The notes under the pieces are model-generated. The model worked only from the letters and a program-made list of their open reading frames with translations. It did not search any database and was not told where the DNA came from. From Candidatus Peribacteria bacterium (GTDB lineage Bacteria; Patescibacteriota; Gracilibacteria; Peribacterales; Peribacteraceae): a DNA stretch of 64,000 nt. Below are positions 28,465-42,493 of the stretch, one piece after another. Within the stretch, counting starts at the first letter, position 1, and every line of letters starts with the position of its first letter. The translations under genes were made by a program, and so were the position numbers. The DNA lies in contig VGKY01000004.1 of assembly GCA_016866875.1 (NCBI GenBank), positions 7,538-71,537 of the forward strand, read 5' to 3'.

Positions 28465-30561
28465 GTGCACATACGATCTGCCATCCTTCGGCTCTGCGCG
28501 GTCGTTGCACTCGTAGCGGGAGTTGCCGCAAGCGAAACCGATGTAACGGCGCAGCAACTCCCTGCTGAAGACCTCCAGATCCCTCTCGGTGCGGTGCTCG
28601 AAATCCTCGCCCAGGCATCCGGAACAGATACGCGGTACGCGTGGACACTTTCCCTGGATGGAATCTTCCTCCAGGCCGATCGCAGCCGCAGCTTTCGCAC
28701 GCGCTTCTCGCAGCCCGGGAAGTACAGGCTCAACACGGAGATTTCCCGTCCAAGCGGAAGCCTGCGCAAGGCCTTCGTGATCAGCGTACGCGAGGATTCT
28801 GGGAGTATCCCTGAGCCCGCCGCCATTGCGACGTTCACTCCTCAAGATACCGAGCCCGCTTCGCTGACCCTTCCCGAGGGAAAAAGCCTCGTACTCATCA
28901 CACGCGACGGTGCGTCTGAAACGAGAGCTCTGCTCGATGCAGATACCTCCGTGGATGAAAACGGTGACGGGCACACAGGCAACGACGACAGTGCCGCCGA
29001 GACGTACTTCTCCTCCAATGGACTGCCGCTGTGGCTCTGGATCACCGAGGATCTCCCACGGTCATTTTCCGTCCTGGAGATCACCGAAGGCGAAACGCGC
29101 GCGAAGCAATTCACCGTGCTTGGCGGAGGATCTGCTGCATCCGCAAGTGCATCCTCGGTGATGCAGGCTTCCTTCTCTGCCGAAGATCGCGGGAAGGGAC
29201 TCGTGCGGTTTTCGTACGATCCAGCAAGTGCCGGAGCAGGAACCGTTGCGCTTGCATTGTGGGACTTCGGAGACGGAACTCAGAGCATGGAGGATGCTCC
29301 GCTCCACCGCTACAGCGCCTCTGGAACGTACTCGGTCCGTCTACAGATCACCGACCTACGCAACGGTACCGTGACGCACGATACGCGTCGGGATGTGACA
29401 GTGGTCGTGACGACAACGACAGTGACTGCACAGGGAGCATCTGCATCGTCGCAGGCAAGCAGTGACGCAACCATGAAAACGGAATCTAGGGCGAGAGCAG
29501 GAATGCTACAGAGAGCCCTTCCCGTGGTCCTCGGAGGCATCGGCGCGGTGATCGTAGGTATCCTCATCGTCGTACTCATAGCGTTCCTGCGCAAGAAACA
29601 CGGTTCCCTTCAGCAAACTCTGGAGAGAGCTGACCGCAAGATGGCGATCGACGCAAACGCAAAAACGAGTGCTGTTGCCGGAGAGACCGAGCCGCTTAGG
29701 ATCGCAGACGCGGATGAGCAAGATCCAGCCGAGGAAACATCCGTAGAGAAGGCGACGCCCGATACTCCCGAGGTACTCGGTCCCGCTCCTGCATGGCTGC
29801 AACCCGTTTCACAGCCAAGCGTTGCTGCGCCCCCAGCATCCGTGGCTCCTGCAATGACAGAGACCGCTCCACAAAAATCCCCTTCCGAAGCTCCCGTAGT
29901 TCCCCCTGTTGCGCCGCTGCCACCTTTCCCGGTCGGTCCTGAGCCTCAAGACGCACCGCCACTTGCTCCCGTAGCAACCGAGACATCTTCTCCAATAGCC
30001 CCTCCATCGCAAGCTCTGCCACCAGAGCCCGCTCTGATAAACCCTCCGAAACCGCCGGTGGAAATCCAGGGAGCCAAACCCGAAGTGGAAGCTCTACGCA
30101 GTGCTTCAGCTCCAGCGAGAGAAACGCCCGCGAATCAAGCGGAAGCAGCGGTGCCAAAACCCAAGGCCCCTGCGACACAAAGCAGTGCGGAGAATGGAGA
30201 TCTCCCCGAATGGCTCAAGCCCAAACCCACATCCACTCCTCCGAAGCACCCTGCACCAAGTATCGCAACTGCAAGCTCGCCAGGGACGCAGCAGCCTCCG
30301 TCTCCCGTAGTGCCAACACCACCCGCACTCAGTGACAAAGAGCGCGAACACAGACGCCTCAAGCGTCAGCGGTACCGACTAAATCGCAGGCAACGCGAGC
30401 AATCCAAGGGAGAAGCCAAGCCACAAGAACCAGCCGCAGCTCAGGTACCTGCACCGGAAGAAGCGATGCCAGCTGCCGATGCTCCGGTCGCATTCGTCCG
30501 CGCCGATGGACTTGCTCCGAAGCCCCAAAGCAATGGTACAGAGCAGCCCGCGGTGCAGTAG
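28465..30561 (+). CDS. PKD-domain membrane protein with Pro/Ala-rich tail
   Basis: Signal peptide, DENGDG Ca-binding loop, WDFGDGT..HRYSASGTYSVRL, single TM, long low-complexity C-terminus. Confidence 0.85.
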   Translation: MHIRSAILRLCAVVALVAGVAASETDVTAQQLPAEDLQIPLGAVLEILAQASGTDTRYAWTLSLDGIFLQADRSRSFRTRFSQPGKYRLNTEISRPSGSLRKAFVISVREDSGSIPEPAAIATFTPQDTEPASLTLPEGKSLVLITRDGASETRALLDADTSVDENGDGHTGNDDSAAETYFSSNGLPLWLWITEDLPRSFSVLEITEGETRAKQFTVLGGGSAASASASSVMQASFSAEDRGKGLVRFSYDPASAGAGTVALALWDFGDGTQSMEDAPLHRYSASGTYSVRLQITDLRNGTVTHDTRRDVTVVVTTTTVTAQGASASSQASSDATMKTESRARAGMLQRALPVVLGGIGAVIVGILIVVLIAFLRKKHGSLQQTLERADRKMAIDANAKTSAVAGETEPLRIADADEQDPAEETSVEKATPDTPEVLGPAPAWLQPVSQPSVAAPPASVAPAMTETAPQKSPSEAPVVPPVAPLPPFPVGPEPQDAPPLAPVATETSSPIAPPSQALPPEPALINPPKPPVEIQGAKPEVEALRSASAPARETPANQAEAAVPKPKAPATQSSAENGDLPEWLKPKPTSTPPKHPAPSIATASSPGTQQPPSPVVPTPPALSDKEREHRRLKRQRYRLNRRQREQSKGEAKPQEPAAAQVPAPEEAMPAADAPVAFVRADGLAPKPQSNGTEQPAVQ

Positions 30562-30598
30562 GATTTACTATGCGACGAAAACATAGTATAAATACGGT

Positions 30599-32244
<1,646 letters not shown>

Positions 32245-32260
32245 TCATATCAAGGAATCC

Positions 32261-33145
32261 TCACGTTCGATGAGTCGTCGCATCCACCCCATCGCGCGTT
32301 TTCCATCCGATGGGACGCATGGTTTTGAGTGGACTCTCCGTAGCAAGCGAATCTCCACCGTCGCGAATCCTGCCGATACGACGGAGCCGGTTCAACTTTC
32401 GCGGACCTCGTGATCCATCGGCACAGACATGAGACCGTGGATCTGCCAGGAAAGAAATGAAGGACGTTGCCGAAGCCTTCATGCGCAGTTGCATGCTTCG
32501 CATGCGGGTTTGGGATCGACTACCTTGTCGATCGCCTGCTCCGGCTGCTTCTCTGCGACGTTGGGCAGATGTGCGCCAGCGAATCCATCGATCGGAAATG
32601 CGCTCTCGCAAGCTTGTTACAGTGCCCGTGCTCGAAGAGGAAACAGTCTGAACATTCTTCTTCAAATGTGATGCCAGCGAACTCTTGCGAGGATCCGACG
32701 CGGCATCAGGGTCGTCGATACGGAAAGCTGAAGCATGGTTCGCTGGCTCAATTCCATAAGACTGCGCATGGGAAGTTCGCTCGCCCTTGCTCTGCGAAGA
32801 TCCTGAGAGCTGCACGCCGCGCTCAATCCGCTTGAGCGACTGCATGATCCGCGATTCCTCCTTGGGCGCTGAGGTGTCTTCTCCGCGATCACGCGTAAGA
32901 AACCAACGAATGGCGAAGAATACAGCGGTCAGCAGAGCACCAATGAGTGCGATCACAACGAGGATCGGCAGCAGCAATACCAGGCCCACGAGGAAAGCGA
33001 TGACGACGGGTAGAGCGAGCACCGCTCCGAGAAACGTCATATCGATTCCCGCATGTATGTCCTCAGATCCCGGATCTACGAGGAGAATCTAGATCGTTAA
33101 GAGCGCAGCGGATGCGAAAGCGATGGTTGAGAGAATCTGCGCCAA
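32261..33145 (-). pseudogene. Hypothetical membrane protein, probably interrupted by TAG at 33089-33091 (ORF 32261-33040 intact)
   Basis: In-frame upstream TTG reads LAQILSTIAFASAALLTI*ILLVDPG..MTFLG; TTGACT-17-CACAAT promoter at 33182-33154. Confidence 0.5.
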
Positions 33146-33248
33146 TATAGATAATTGTGCTATATAATTACTTTATAGTCAAATAAGCCGCGCTCGGGCT
33201 TTATGGTACGTCTTCCACGACAGGAGACAATCAGCTAGGCTGTTTTAC

Positions 33249-34610
33249 ATGGCCGAGCCACAGTTTCGCACACCCAAAGGCACGCACGATGTCCTCCCCG
33301 AGGATCACCAGTACATGACCTACATCAAAAAGGCAGTGCGTCACCGCTGTCGGCAGGCGGGCTACCGGCGCATCGATCCGCCGATCTTTGAGAATCGCGC
33401 GATCTTCGAGCGCAGCATTGGGGAGCATACGGACATCGTCGAGAAGGAGCTCTTCCTCGTTTCGGGGAAGGCCGCTGCTGGGCAGGACGCCGAGCAGGGC
33501 GTGGAGTACGCGCTAAGACCCGAGCTCACTGCAGGAATCTGCCGCAGCTACATCGAGCATGGCATGCAGCAGCTCCCCCAACCCGTTGAGCTCTATGCCA
33601 TCGGCCAGTGTTTCCGCTACGACCGACCCCAGAAAGGGCGCTACAGGCAGTTTCACCAGGTGGATCTCGAGGTGATCGGCCTCAAGGATCCGAGTCTCGA
33701 TGCCCAGCTCATCCACGTCTGCATGAAGATTCTGAAGGATCTGCAGATTGCTGATCGGCTCACGCTGCAACTCAATAACATCGGCTCAGCAGATAACCGC
33801 AGGGCGTTCACTGCGGCACTCAAGGACTACTTCATCGGCAAGGAGCGTCACCTTCCTGAGATCGATCGTAGACGGCTGCAGAGCAATCCCCTGCGCCTCC
33901 TCGATAGCAAGGAACATGACACGCAGATCCTCCTCAAGAGCACCCCGACACTCGACCAGTTCATCGACGACGCGTCGAAGCTGTACCACACGACGCTCGT
34001 CGAGTACCTCGAGGAGCTCCAGATCCCCTTCACATCCAATGCCGGTCTCGTGCGGGGACTCGACTACTACGGGCAGACGGTCTTTGAGATCTGGGATGGA
34101 TCGTCAGGCGCGCAGAATGCCGTAGGCGGTGGCGGGCGCTACGACGGACTCATCGAGCTTCTTGGAGGTTCTCCTACGCCGGGAGTCGGAGCCGCACTCG
34201 GGATCGAGCGCATGATCTGGCACATGAAACAGGCAGGCATCAAAGCGCCCAACAAGGATCAGGTCGACGTTTTTGTCGCTCAGCTCGGACCCGACGCGAA
34301 GAAAATGTGTCTGCAACTCATCTCGGAGCTCCGCGAGTACGGTGTGCACACGATCGGCGCGCTCGGCGAAGCGAGTCTCAAGAGCCAGATGCGGCTTGCC
34401 GACAAGTTCGGAGCGCGTTTCACGCTGCTCCTTGGCCAGATGGAGGTCAAGGAAGGCAAGATCATCCTCCGAGATATGGCTGCCGGAAGGCAGAAGTCCC
34501 TGAGCTTCGGTAAAGCCGTACCGGAGATCCTCAAGCTCCTCGGATCAGAACACCTCGACACCTATTCCATGACGGATCAGTTAGGGAATGTGGTAGATAG
34601 CGGGGATTAG
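33249..34610 (+). CDS. hisS: Histidine--tRNA ligase
   Basis: PKGTHD, LRPELTA, FRYDRPQKGRYRQFHQ, LVRGLDYY, GGGRYDGL, GIER. Confidence 0.98.
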   Translation: MAEPQFRTPKGTHDVLPEDHQYMTYIKKAVRHRCRQAGYRRIDPPIFENRAIFERSIGEHTDIVEKELFLVSGKAAAGQDAEQGVEYALRPELTAGICRSYIEHGMQQLPQPVELYAIGQCFRYDRPQKGRYRQFHQVDLEVIGLKDPSLDAQLIHVCMKILKDLQIADRLTLQLNNIGSADNRRAFTAALKDYFIGKERHLPEIDRRRLQSNPLRLLDSKEHDTQILLKSTPTLDQFIDDASKLYHTTLVEYLEELQIPFTSNAGLVRGLDYYGQTVFEIWDGSSGAQNAVGGGGRYDGLIELLGGSPTPGVGAALGIERMIWHMKQAGIKAPNKDQVDVFVAQLGPDAKKMCLQLISELREYGVHTIGALGEASLKSQMRLADKFGARFTLLLGQMEVKEGKIILRDMAAGRQKSLSFGKAVPEILKLLGSEHLDTYSMTDQLGNVVDSGD

Positions 34611-34709
34611 GTGGGCTTGGTGGGTGTGTTGATGGGGTTGATGGGGTTTCTAGGGTTTGTAGGAAGATGACCAAACCCTAAAACACTACGAACATCATGA
34701 AGCTCCACC
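34611..34709. repeat. Inverted nonamer arrays between convergent hisS and gyrB
   Basis: GTGGGCTTG GTGGGTGTG TTGATGGGG x2 TTTCTAGGG TTTGTAGGA / AAACCCTAA AACACTACG AACATCATG AAGCTCCAC. Confidence 0.8.
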
Positions 34710-34751
34710 GGCTCACGGCAGTGGTTTCCTGCAAAGGTGGATATACCCAAC

Positions 34752-36905
<2,154 letters not shown>

Positions 36906-37003
36906 CGCAGTGTAACTTCCACCAGCCAAGCCATGCACCATCTCTACTTTCCTGCATGAGCACCTTGCACTACAATCAATTAGTCCCTACGCTACCCCGG
37001 CAC

Positions 37004-37219
37004 ATGGCTATCCACGCCCACAAACGCGGCGAAGAGTCTAACGATTCCCTCATGCAACGCTTCAAGAAGCAGGTGCAGAAAGCGGGCATGGTCAAGGTGC
37101 TTAGGGAGCGCTCCGTCCGCACGAAAAAGCCGACGCGCCGGCTCATGCGTCTGCGCGCTCTCAAGCGCGAAGAGTTCCGCGCTGCCAAGAAGAAAACGCA
37201 GTTTTACAGCAACATGTAA
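37004..37219 (+). CDS. rpsU: 30S ribosomal protein S21
   Basis: 71-aa basic protein; ESNDSLMQRFKKQVQKAG..KKPTRR. Confidence 0.85.
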   Translation: MAIHAHKRGEESNDSLMQRFKKQVQKAGMVKVLRERSVRTKKPTRRLMRLRALKREEFRAAKKKTQFYSNM

Positions 37220-37221
37220 CA

Positions 37222-37318
37222 AACTTTCAGCTTGAAGCTGTCAGCTTTGAGCTTTTTGCTGATGCTGGAGGAACGGCCTTGTTAGAAGCTGAAAGCTGAT
37301 AGCTGAACCCTGACAGCT
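37222..37318. repeat. Inverted AGCT-core heptamer arrays between convergent rpsU and S41 peptidase
   Basis: AACTTTC AGCTTGA AGCTGTC AGCTTTG AGCTTTT / AGAAGCT GAAAGCT GATAGCT GAACCCT GACAGCT. Confidence 0.9.
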
Positions 37319-37323
37319 ATCTT

Positions 37324-38952
37324 CTATCTCCGCAACAGCTCCATCGCTTTGAGCATTTGCTCATCGCGCTCGGTGGAGTATGGCACGGTGACATCCGGCA
37401 CGATACCAACTCTGTCGATCACTCGACCTTTCGGCGTGAGCCACTGGGCAATGGTGATCTTGAGACTGCTCTGATCTGCAAACTGAAGCAGGGCCTGCAC
37501 CGTTCCCTTGCCGAAGGTTTTCTCCCCGACGATTGTCGCGCGGGCGAAATCCTGGAGGGCTCCCGCTACGATCTCCGAAGCGGAAGCGGACCCTCCGTTC
37601 ACCAGTACGATAAGCGGCATGGCCGGATCGATGGTGGGCTCGGCTTCGGTGCGGTGCTCTTCCGTAGAACCGCTGCTCTTGATGATGGAGAAGGGCGTGT
37701 TTTTGGGAACGAAGTTGCTTACAACGACCCCTGCGGCATGCTCGAGCCCCCCCGGATTGTTGCGCAGGTCCAAGACGATGCCGCGCGGCTTCTTTGCGGC
37801 CAACGCCTCAAGCTCGGAACGAAGCTTCGTATCGGCCCCGTGACCAAACTGCATGAGTTTCACGATGCCCACGCCATCCTGCATCCTCACATCGATCTCG
37901 GGTACGGAGACCACGTCGCGCTGGACGGAAACGTCGAACTCCGATCCCCCGCGGCGGATGCGTAAGCGTACGCTCGTCCCCTTAGGGCCCCGCACGCGCT
38001 CCACGGCTTCCAGAAAACCGATGCCCGTGAGGCTCACGCCGTCAGCGGAGAGGATTTCGTCTCCGGGAAGAAGTCCCGCGTGCTCCGCAGGAGAGCCTGT
38101 CAGCGGCGTCACGATGGTGAGGACACCCGATCGATCCTCGACCTGGGCACCAATTCCCGTGACCTCCCCCTTGATCTGACTGCGGAAGTTCTGGGCTTTG
38201 ACCGGGCGCAAGAACGTGGTGTAGGGATCACCGAGGCTCTGCACCATCCCCTCGATCGCGCCGTATGCCGCCTCCTCCTGCTTCACCTTATCCTGGTAGA
38301 GGAACTCATCGTTGATGATCTGCCATACCGACTGAAGGATGTCGTTTTTTGGAACGACAGCCGTTCCCTTAGACTTGGGAATCGTAATGCGGATCACCTG
38401 GCGGGTCTCCTCCGGGAAGTCCTTGCGTACCTGCCCAGCTCGGCCTCTGGCTTTCTTGAGCATGCGCTCGGCCTCGGAAGCCGTAATTGGCCTGTCGATC
38501 CCAAACTGCGTTGAGCGCAGCGGCACAAGCCATCCCTGCTCTACAGCTACACGAACCGCGCGGGCAATCGCCGAACCGGCACGCACGTCGCGGAAACTGG
38601 TCTTTCCGTCACCCGCACCGCTGAGGTTTGTGAGCTCCACAAGCACCTGAATCGCCTGCCCCCGCGTCACGGAGGAGGAGACGGCAAAATCCTTTCCGAA
38701 GACATCGAGGGCGCCGCGCTCATAGGCCGTGCGGATGTACGGAATGAGATTCTGGGGAACTCGGGCGTACGGGAGGGCATCGCCCTTGCTGAGTATGGGC
38801 AGATCAAGCGCCACCACTGCCGCACGGACGAATACGCCGTTCGTCACGTCCCCGGAATTCGGCAAACCCCACCCTCGTGCGTCAACCGGCAGAGGAGCGA
38901 GAAACAAGGAAAATGCACAAAGTCCCACGGAGATGCGCTGCAGCATAGACAT
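37324..38952 (-). CDS. S41 carboxy-terminal processing protease with SLH domains
   Basis: LGDPYT, GIGA PDZ, LDLRNNPGG, SASASEIVAGALQD, TFGKGTVQ; N-terminal SLH-like repeats. Confidence 0.93.
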   Translation of the reverse strand: MSMLQRISVGLCAFSLFLAPLPVDARGWGLPNSGDVTNGVFVRAAVVALDLPILSKGDALPYARVPQNLIPYIRTAYERGALDVFGKDFAVSSSVTRGQAIQVLVELTNLSGAGDGKTSFRDVRAGSAIARAVRVAVEQGWLVPLRSTQFGIDRPITASEAERMLKKARGRAGQVRKDFPEETRQVIRITIPKSKGTAVVPKNDILQSVWQIINDEFLYQDKVKQEEAAYGAIEGMVQSLGDPYTTFLRPVKAQNFRSQIKGEVTGIGAQVEDRSGVLTIVTPLTGSPAEHAGLLPGDEILSADGVSLTGIGFLEAVERVRGPKGTSVRLRIRRGGSEFDVSVQRDVVSVPEIDVRMQDGVGIVKLMQFGHGADTKLRSELEALAAKKPRGIVLDLRNNPGGLEHAAGVVVSNFVPKNTPFSIIKSSGSTEEHRTEAEPTIDPAMPLIVLVNGGSASASEIVAGALQDFARATIVGEKTFGKGTVQALLQFADQSSLKITIAQWLTPKGRVIDRVGIVPDVTVPYSTERDEQMLKAMELLRR

Positions 38953-39032
38953 GAAAAATAGGAAAGCGGAGATCACTATACCTGATGTCCCTCGAAGTAC
39001 CTAACGCAGAACGTTGGGAGCAACGACCTTCT

Positions 39033-39067
39033 CCCTACCCCTACCCCCTACTTCCTACTTCCTACTT
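39033..39067. repeat. CCTACTT-type heptamer array downstream of the prsW-like gene
   Basis: CCCTACC CCTACCC CCTACTT CCTACTT CCTACTT. Confidence 0.8.
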
Positions 39068-39077
39068 CTCCGGCCCC

Positions 39078-40739
39078 TCACGCCATCGCTTCCTCGCGGA
39101 CAAAAGCATCGTTCATCACAGGAAGCCCACGTTCCTTTGCACTCTCGCGCCTGGCGAAGAGCGACGTGAGCACCCAGAATCCTCCGACTAAATAGAAGAG
39201 GGAAGGAATCAGGAGGAAGGAGATGGAGTGCAGGAACGATCCCTCGGACGCAGAGAGCAGGTCACCGAGCGTGCGCGGGTGACTGGGAAGGAGGTCTGGG
39301 AGCGTCACGGTGAAGTTGAAGAGTCCATGAAGCACCGTCGCCAAGACGAGACCGGTGACTAGCATCTGGCCGCGGAAAACCGCTTTTTCCGAGAGGCGGA
39401 GCACCCGCGAGAGCGCGAAGGCGACGAGATACTCCCGGCCATCGCGTTCTACGTCGCTCACGACAGGACCGGCAAAGATCGCAAGTCCGAGGAAGTACCC
39501 CAACACGCCAGTCGAGAGGATATGCACCATGCTCGTGAGAATCGATCGGCCGACGACATTCCCGAGGAAGTCCCCCCACGCCGGCGATGAGGGGGTCAGC
39601 AGATACTGCTGCAGGAAGGCAAGAAAGTAGGTGGGATTGAGAATGTTCTCGGCGAACGCAAAGCCGATCGCGACAATTACGGAAAGTTGAAGCACGTCGT
39701 CAATGCTGCTCACCACCACTCTGGCACTGCGGCTTACCACCCACATCTTGCTCGCCTCCTCCATGAGACCGACGATCATGAAGGTAATGAGGGTCGAGAG
39801 GAGCGTGGTACGAATATCGGGCATGGGGGAAAGACTTCCCGTCACGAACACGGAGCTGCTGAGAGAAAAGCTCTCCGGCGTAATGGTAAAGAGGAAGAAC
39901 TGGAGCTTCGCTCCGCTGCGGACCACAGCGTCATAAAAAAGAATGGGTACCGTGGAAAGCATGCCCGCGAAGAACATCAAGAGCACTGTGCTCTTCTTCT
40001 GCTTATGCTCCTGTAAAAAGAGTGCGCACCATATACCCGCGGGAATGAGGGCTATGAGGATCGCAAGCAAGTGCGCCTTGAGCTGCTGGGGCTCCTCAGG
40101 CCACAGCATGTGCAGGGTCATGAGACCAATGAAGGTCCCAAGCACCGTGACTTTGATGTGCGCGGTCCAGGGCCCGAAGAGCATACGCCACAGGGCGCAC
40201 ACGCAGACGATACCAAGGGCCACAGCAAAGGGGTCTTTGCCGGCTTGGCCTGCAAAGACCGTGCGGGAAAATCCGAGGATGGCAAACGTGAGAAGTGAGC
40301 CGAGGCCAAACGCAAACGCGTACTCGCGCACCGGGCGCCACCTCCACTCAGCGATGCCGATTGCGAGTCCTGCAATTCCAAAAAAGATGAGCGCGCGGAG
40401 CATGCCTCCTTCTCCGGTAAACGGCGCGATAGCTCCGCCACCATGCGCCACAAAAGCGATGATTGCCAGGGTGGAGAGGACCGTGAATAGCACGGCGGAA
40501 AAGGGCGGATCACCCTGAGTCTTGCGTTCCTGACCGTGGAATTCGATCCAATGCACAGAGATGACACCGAGCCAGACTTTTGTGAGGAAGAGTCCGGCAA
40601 GGGCGATGCTCATCACCCCGAAGAGGAAAACCCCCCAATGCGTCGAAGCGCTCGCTGCCCCCACCTCCTGCGCGCACACAGCATCTGGCGCGAGCGCCAG
40701 CATCATCACCCCGAGGAATCCGATGTGTATATTTTTCAT
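39078..40739 (-). CDS. PrsW-family intramembrane metalloprotease with extra N-terminal TMs
   Basis: GLMEEASK, GFAFAEN, MVH, LHGLFN motifs. Confidence 0.88.
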   Translation of the reverse strand: MKNIHIGFLGVMMLALAPDAVCAQEVGAASASTHWGVFLFGVMSIALAGLFLTKVWLGVISVHWIEFHGQERKTQGDPPFSAVLFTVLSTLAIIAFVAHGGGAIAPFTGEGGMLRALIFFGIAGLAIGIAEWRWRPVREYAFAFGLGSLLTFAILGFSRTVFAGQAGKDPFAVALGIVCVCALWRMLFGPWTAHIKVTVLGTFIGLMTLHMLWPEEPQQLKAHLLAILIALIPAGIWCALFLQEHKQKKSTVLLMFFAGMLSTVPILFYDAVVRSGAKLQFFLFTITPESFSLSSSVFVTGSLSPMPDIRTTLLSTLITFMIVGLMEEASKMWVVSRSARVVVSSIDDVLQLSVIVAIGFAFAENILNPTYFLAFLQQYLLTPSSPAWGDFLGNVVGRSILTSMVHILSTGVLGYFLGLAIFAGPVVSDVERDGREYLVAFALSRVLRLSEKAVFRGQMLVTGLVLATVLHGLFNFTVTLPDLLPSHPRTLGDLLSASEGSFLHSISFLLIPSLFYLVGGFWVLTSLFARRESAKERGLPVMNDAFVREEAMA

Positions 40740-40819
40740 TTCTTATTAATATTCTAACATATTTTATTCTTTTATTAAATAGAGGATTCCCTGCGCAATA
40801 TTCCATTGTGGCCTCTCCG

Positions 40820-40861
40820 TAATTCTCAATTCTCAATTGTCCATTTTCAATTTACTATTTG
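40820..40861. repeat. Heptamer array immediately before the glyQS start
   Basis: TAATTCT CAATTCT CAATTGT CCATTTT CAATTTA CTATTTG. Confidence 0.85.
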
Positions 40862-40864
40862 CAC

Positions 40865-42283
40865 ATGCCCGCCACTTCCCTCGATCAAGTCGTCTCCCTC
40901 TGCAAACGTCGTGGATTCATCTTCCCGGGATCCGAGATCTACGGAGGGCTCGCCAATACGTGGGACTACGGGCCGCTGGGCGTCGAACTCAAAAACCGCA
41001 TCAAGCAGCTGTGGTGGAAGAACTTTGTGCACCGCAGATCCGATATGGTCGGGCAAGACGCTGCGATTCTGATGAACCCGAAAACGTGGGAAGCATCCGG
41101 ACACGTCAGCAATTTCAATGATCCGCTGATCGACTGCAAGAAATGCAAACAGCGGTATCGCGGAGACAAGCTCCTCGAAGAAAAGCTCGGCGTTGAGGCC
41201 GCCGCCGTCTTAAAGCTTGATCAGGTACAACCAATGCTAATGGCCGAAAAGATACACTGTCCGCACTGCGGAAATCTCGATTGGACGCCCGCAAAGAAGT
41301 TCAACCTGATGTTCAAGACGCAGCAAGGCGTCATTGAAGGGGAAGGCCAGGATATCTATCTTCGACCGGAAACGGCGCAAGGCATCTTCGTGAACTTCAA
41401 AAATATCGCACAGACGATGCGCCTGAGGCTTCCGTTCGGCATCGCTCAGGTCGGCAAGGCATTTCGCAATGAAATCACACCGGGAAACTTCACCTTCCGC
41501 ACCCGTGAATTCGAGCAGATGGAGATTGAATACTTCTTTGATCCGCAGAAAAAAGACTGGACGGAGGTCTTTGATGACTGGAAAAATGCAAGCTGGTCGT
41601 TCCTTGTCGATACCCTTGGAATCAAGGCTGATAACCTGCGCTTCCGTGATCACGAATCCGATGAACTGTCGCACTACTCCAAGGGGACCACGGATATCGA
41701 GTACAAATTTCCGTGGGGCTGGGGGGAGCTCTGTGCCGCGGCGGCCTACCGCACCGACTTCGATCTCGCACAGCACGAGAAGGTCTCCGGCGAAGATCTG
41801 CACTATACGGATCCCGATGATCCGACAAACAAAATTCTCCCTCACGTCATGGAACCATCCTTCGGTTCCGATCGCATTGCACTCGCTGTAATGCTCGATG
41901 CATACACGGAGGAATCTGTGAGCGACGATACACGAACCGTCATGAAGTTCGACCGCAGAGTTGCGCCGATCGACCTCGCTATTCTCCCACTCAGCAAGAA
42001 AGAAGCCCTCATTGCAAAGGCACAAGAGTTGTACAAAAAAATTATACAGGAAACCAACCTCGTCGTGGACTTCGACGTCACGGGGAGTATCGGCAAGCGC
42101 TACAGACGGCAAGACGAAATCGGCACGCCGCTCTGCGTCACCGTGGATTTTGGCACGCTCGGAGAGGACGCGGCACAGGGGGAGATGGATACGGTGACGA
42201 TCCGCGACCGCGATACCCTCAAGCAAGAACGTGTGGATATCGGGAAATTGCGGGAGAAGATTGCGGAGACGTGGAGGAGGTGA
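40865..42283 (+). CDS. glyQS: Glycine--tRNA ligase (alpha2 type)
   Basis: CKRRGF..EIYGG..DYGPLG, YLRPETAQGIF, GKAFRNEITP, FRTREFEQME, GSIGKRYRRQDEIGTP. Confidence 0.97.
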   Translation: MPATSLDQVVSLCKRRGFIFPGSEIYGGLANTWDYGPLGVELKNRIKQLWWKNFVHRRSDMVGQDAAILMNPKTWEASGHVSNFNDPLIDCKKCKQRYRGDKLLEEKLGVEAAAVLKLDQVQPMLMAEKIHCPHCGNLDWTPAKKFNLMFKTQQGVIEGEGQDIYLRPETAQGIFVNFKNIAQTMRLRLPFGIAQVGKAFRNEITPGNFTFRTREFEQMEIEYFFDPQKKDWTEVFDDWKNASWSFLVDTLGIKADNLRFRDHESDELSHYSKGTTDIEYKFPWGWGELCAAAAYRTDFDLAQHEKVSGEDLHYTDPDDPTNKILPHVMEPSFGSDRIALAVMLDAYTEESVSDDTRTVMKFDRRVAPIDLAILPLSKKEALIAKAQELYKKIIQETNLVVDFDVTGSIGKRYRRQDEIGTPLCVTVDFGTLGEDAAQGEMDTVTIRDRDTLKQERVDIGKLREKIAETWRR

Positions 42284-42387
42284 AAGGGTTTGTTGGGTTT
42301 GTGAAGTTCATGGAGTTCCTCGCTATCGGTGTAATGACTTAGGCACCCTATAAAGCCCACAAACCCCCGAAACCCCAGAAACCCGGA
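42283..42387. repeat. Inverted nonamer arrays starting at the glyQS stop
   Basis: AAAGGGTTT GTTGGGTTT GTGAAGTTC ATGGAGTTC / GCACCCTAT AAAGCCCAC AAACCCCCG AAACCCCAG AAACCCGGA. Confidence 0.88.
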
Positions 42388-42405
42388 AGAATGTCTCGGT
42401 GCACA

Positions 42406-42435
42406 TTGCCAATCGCACGCACCATCCTGTATAAC
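42406..42435 (+). promoter_or_regulatory. Putative sigma70 promoter for rpsB-tsf
   Basis: TTGCCA-18 nt-TATAAC. Confidence 0.5.
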
Positions 42436-42467
42436 TCCCCTGCACTATCGCTGATCGCTGCGGTCCT

Positions 42468-42493
42468 GTCCCTCGACTACGCTCGGGATGACA
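42468..42493. repeat. REP-like hairpin in the rpsB leader
   Basis: GTCCCTCGACTACGCTCGGGATGACA; imperfect palindrome resembling dispersed GTCATCC(C/T)GAGC..GA(A/G)GGA-type repeats; single copy here. Confidence 0.5.

Noticed and set aside
29760-30540. Pro/Ala-rich tail as a DNA repeat element
   Set aside because: Low complexity is at protein level only; no periodic nucleotide unit seen.
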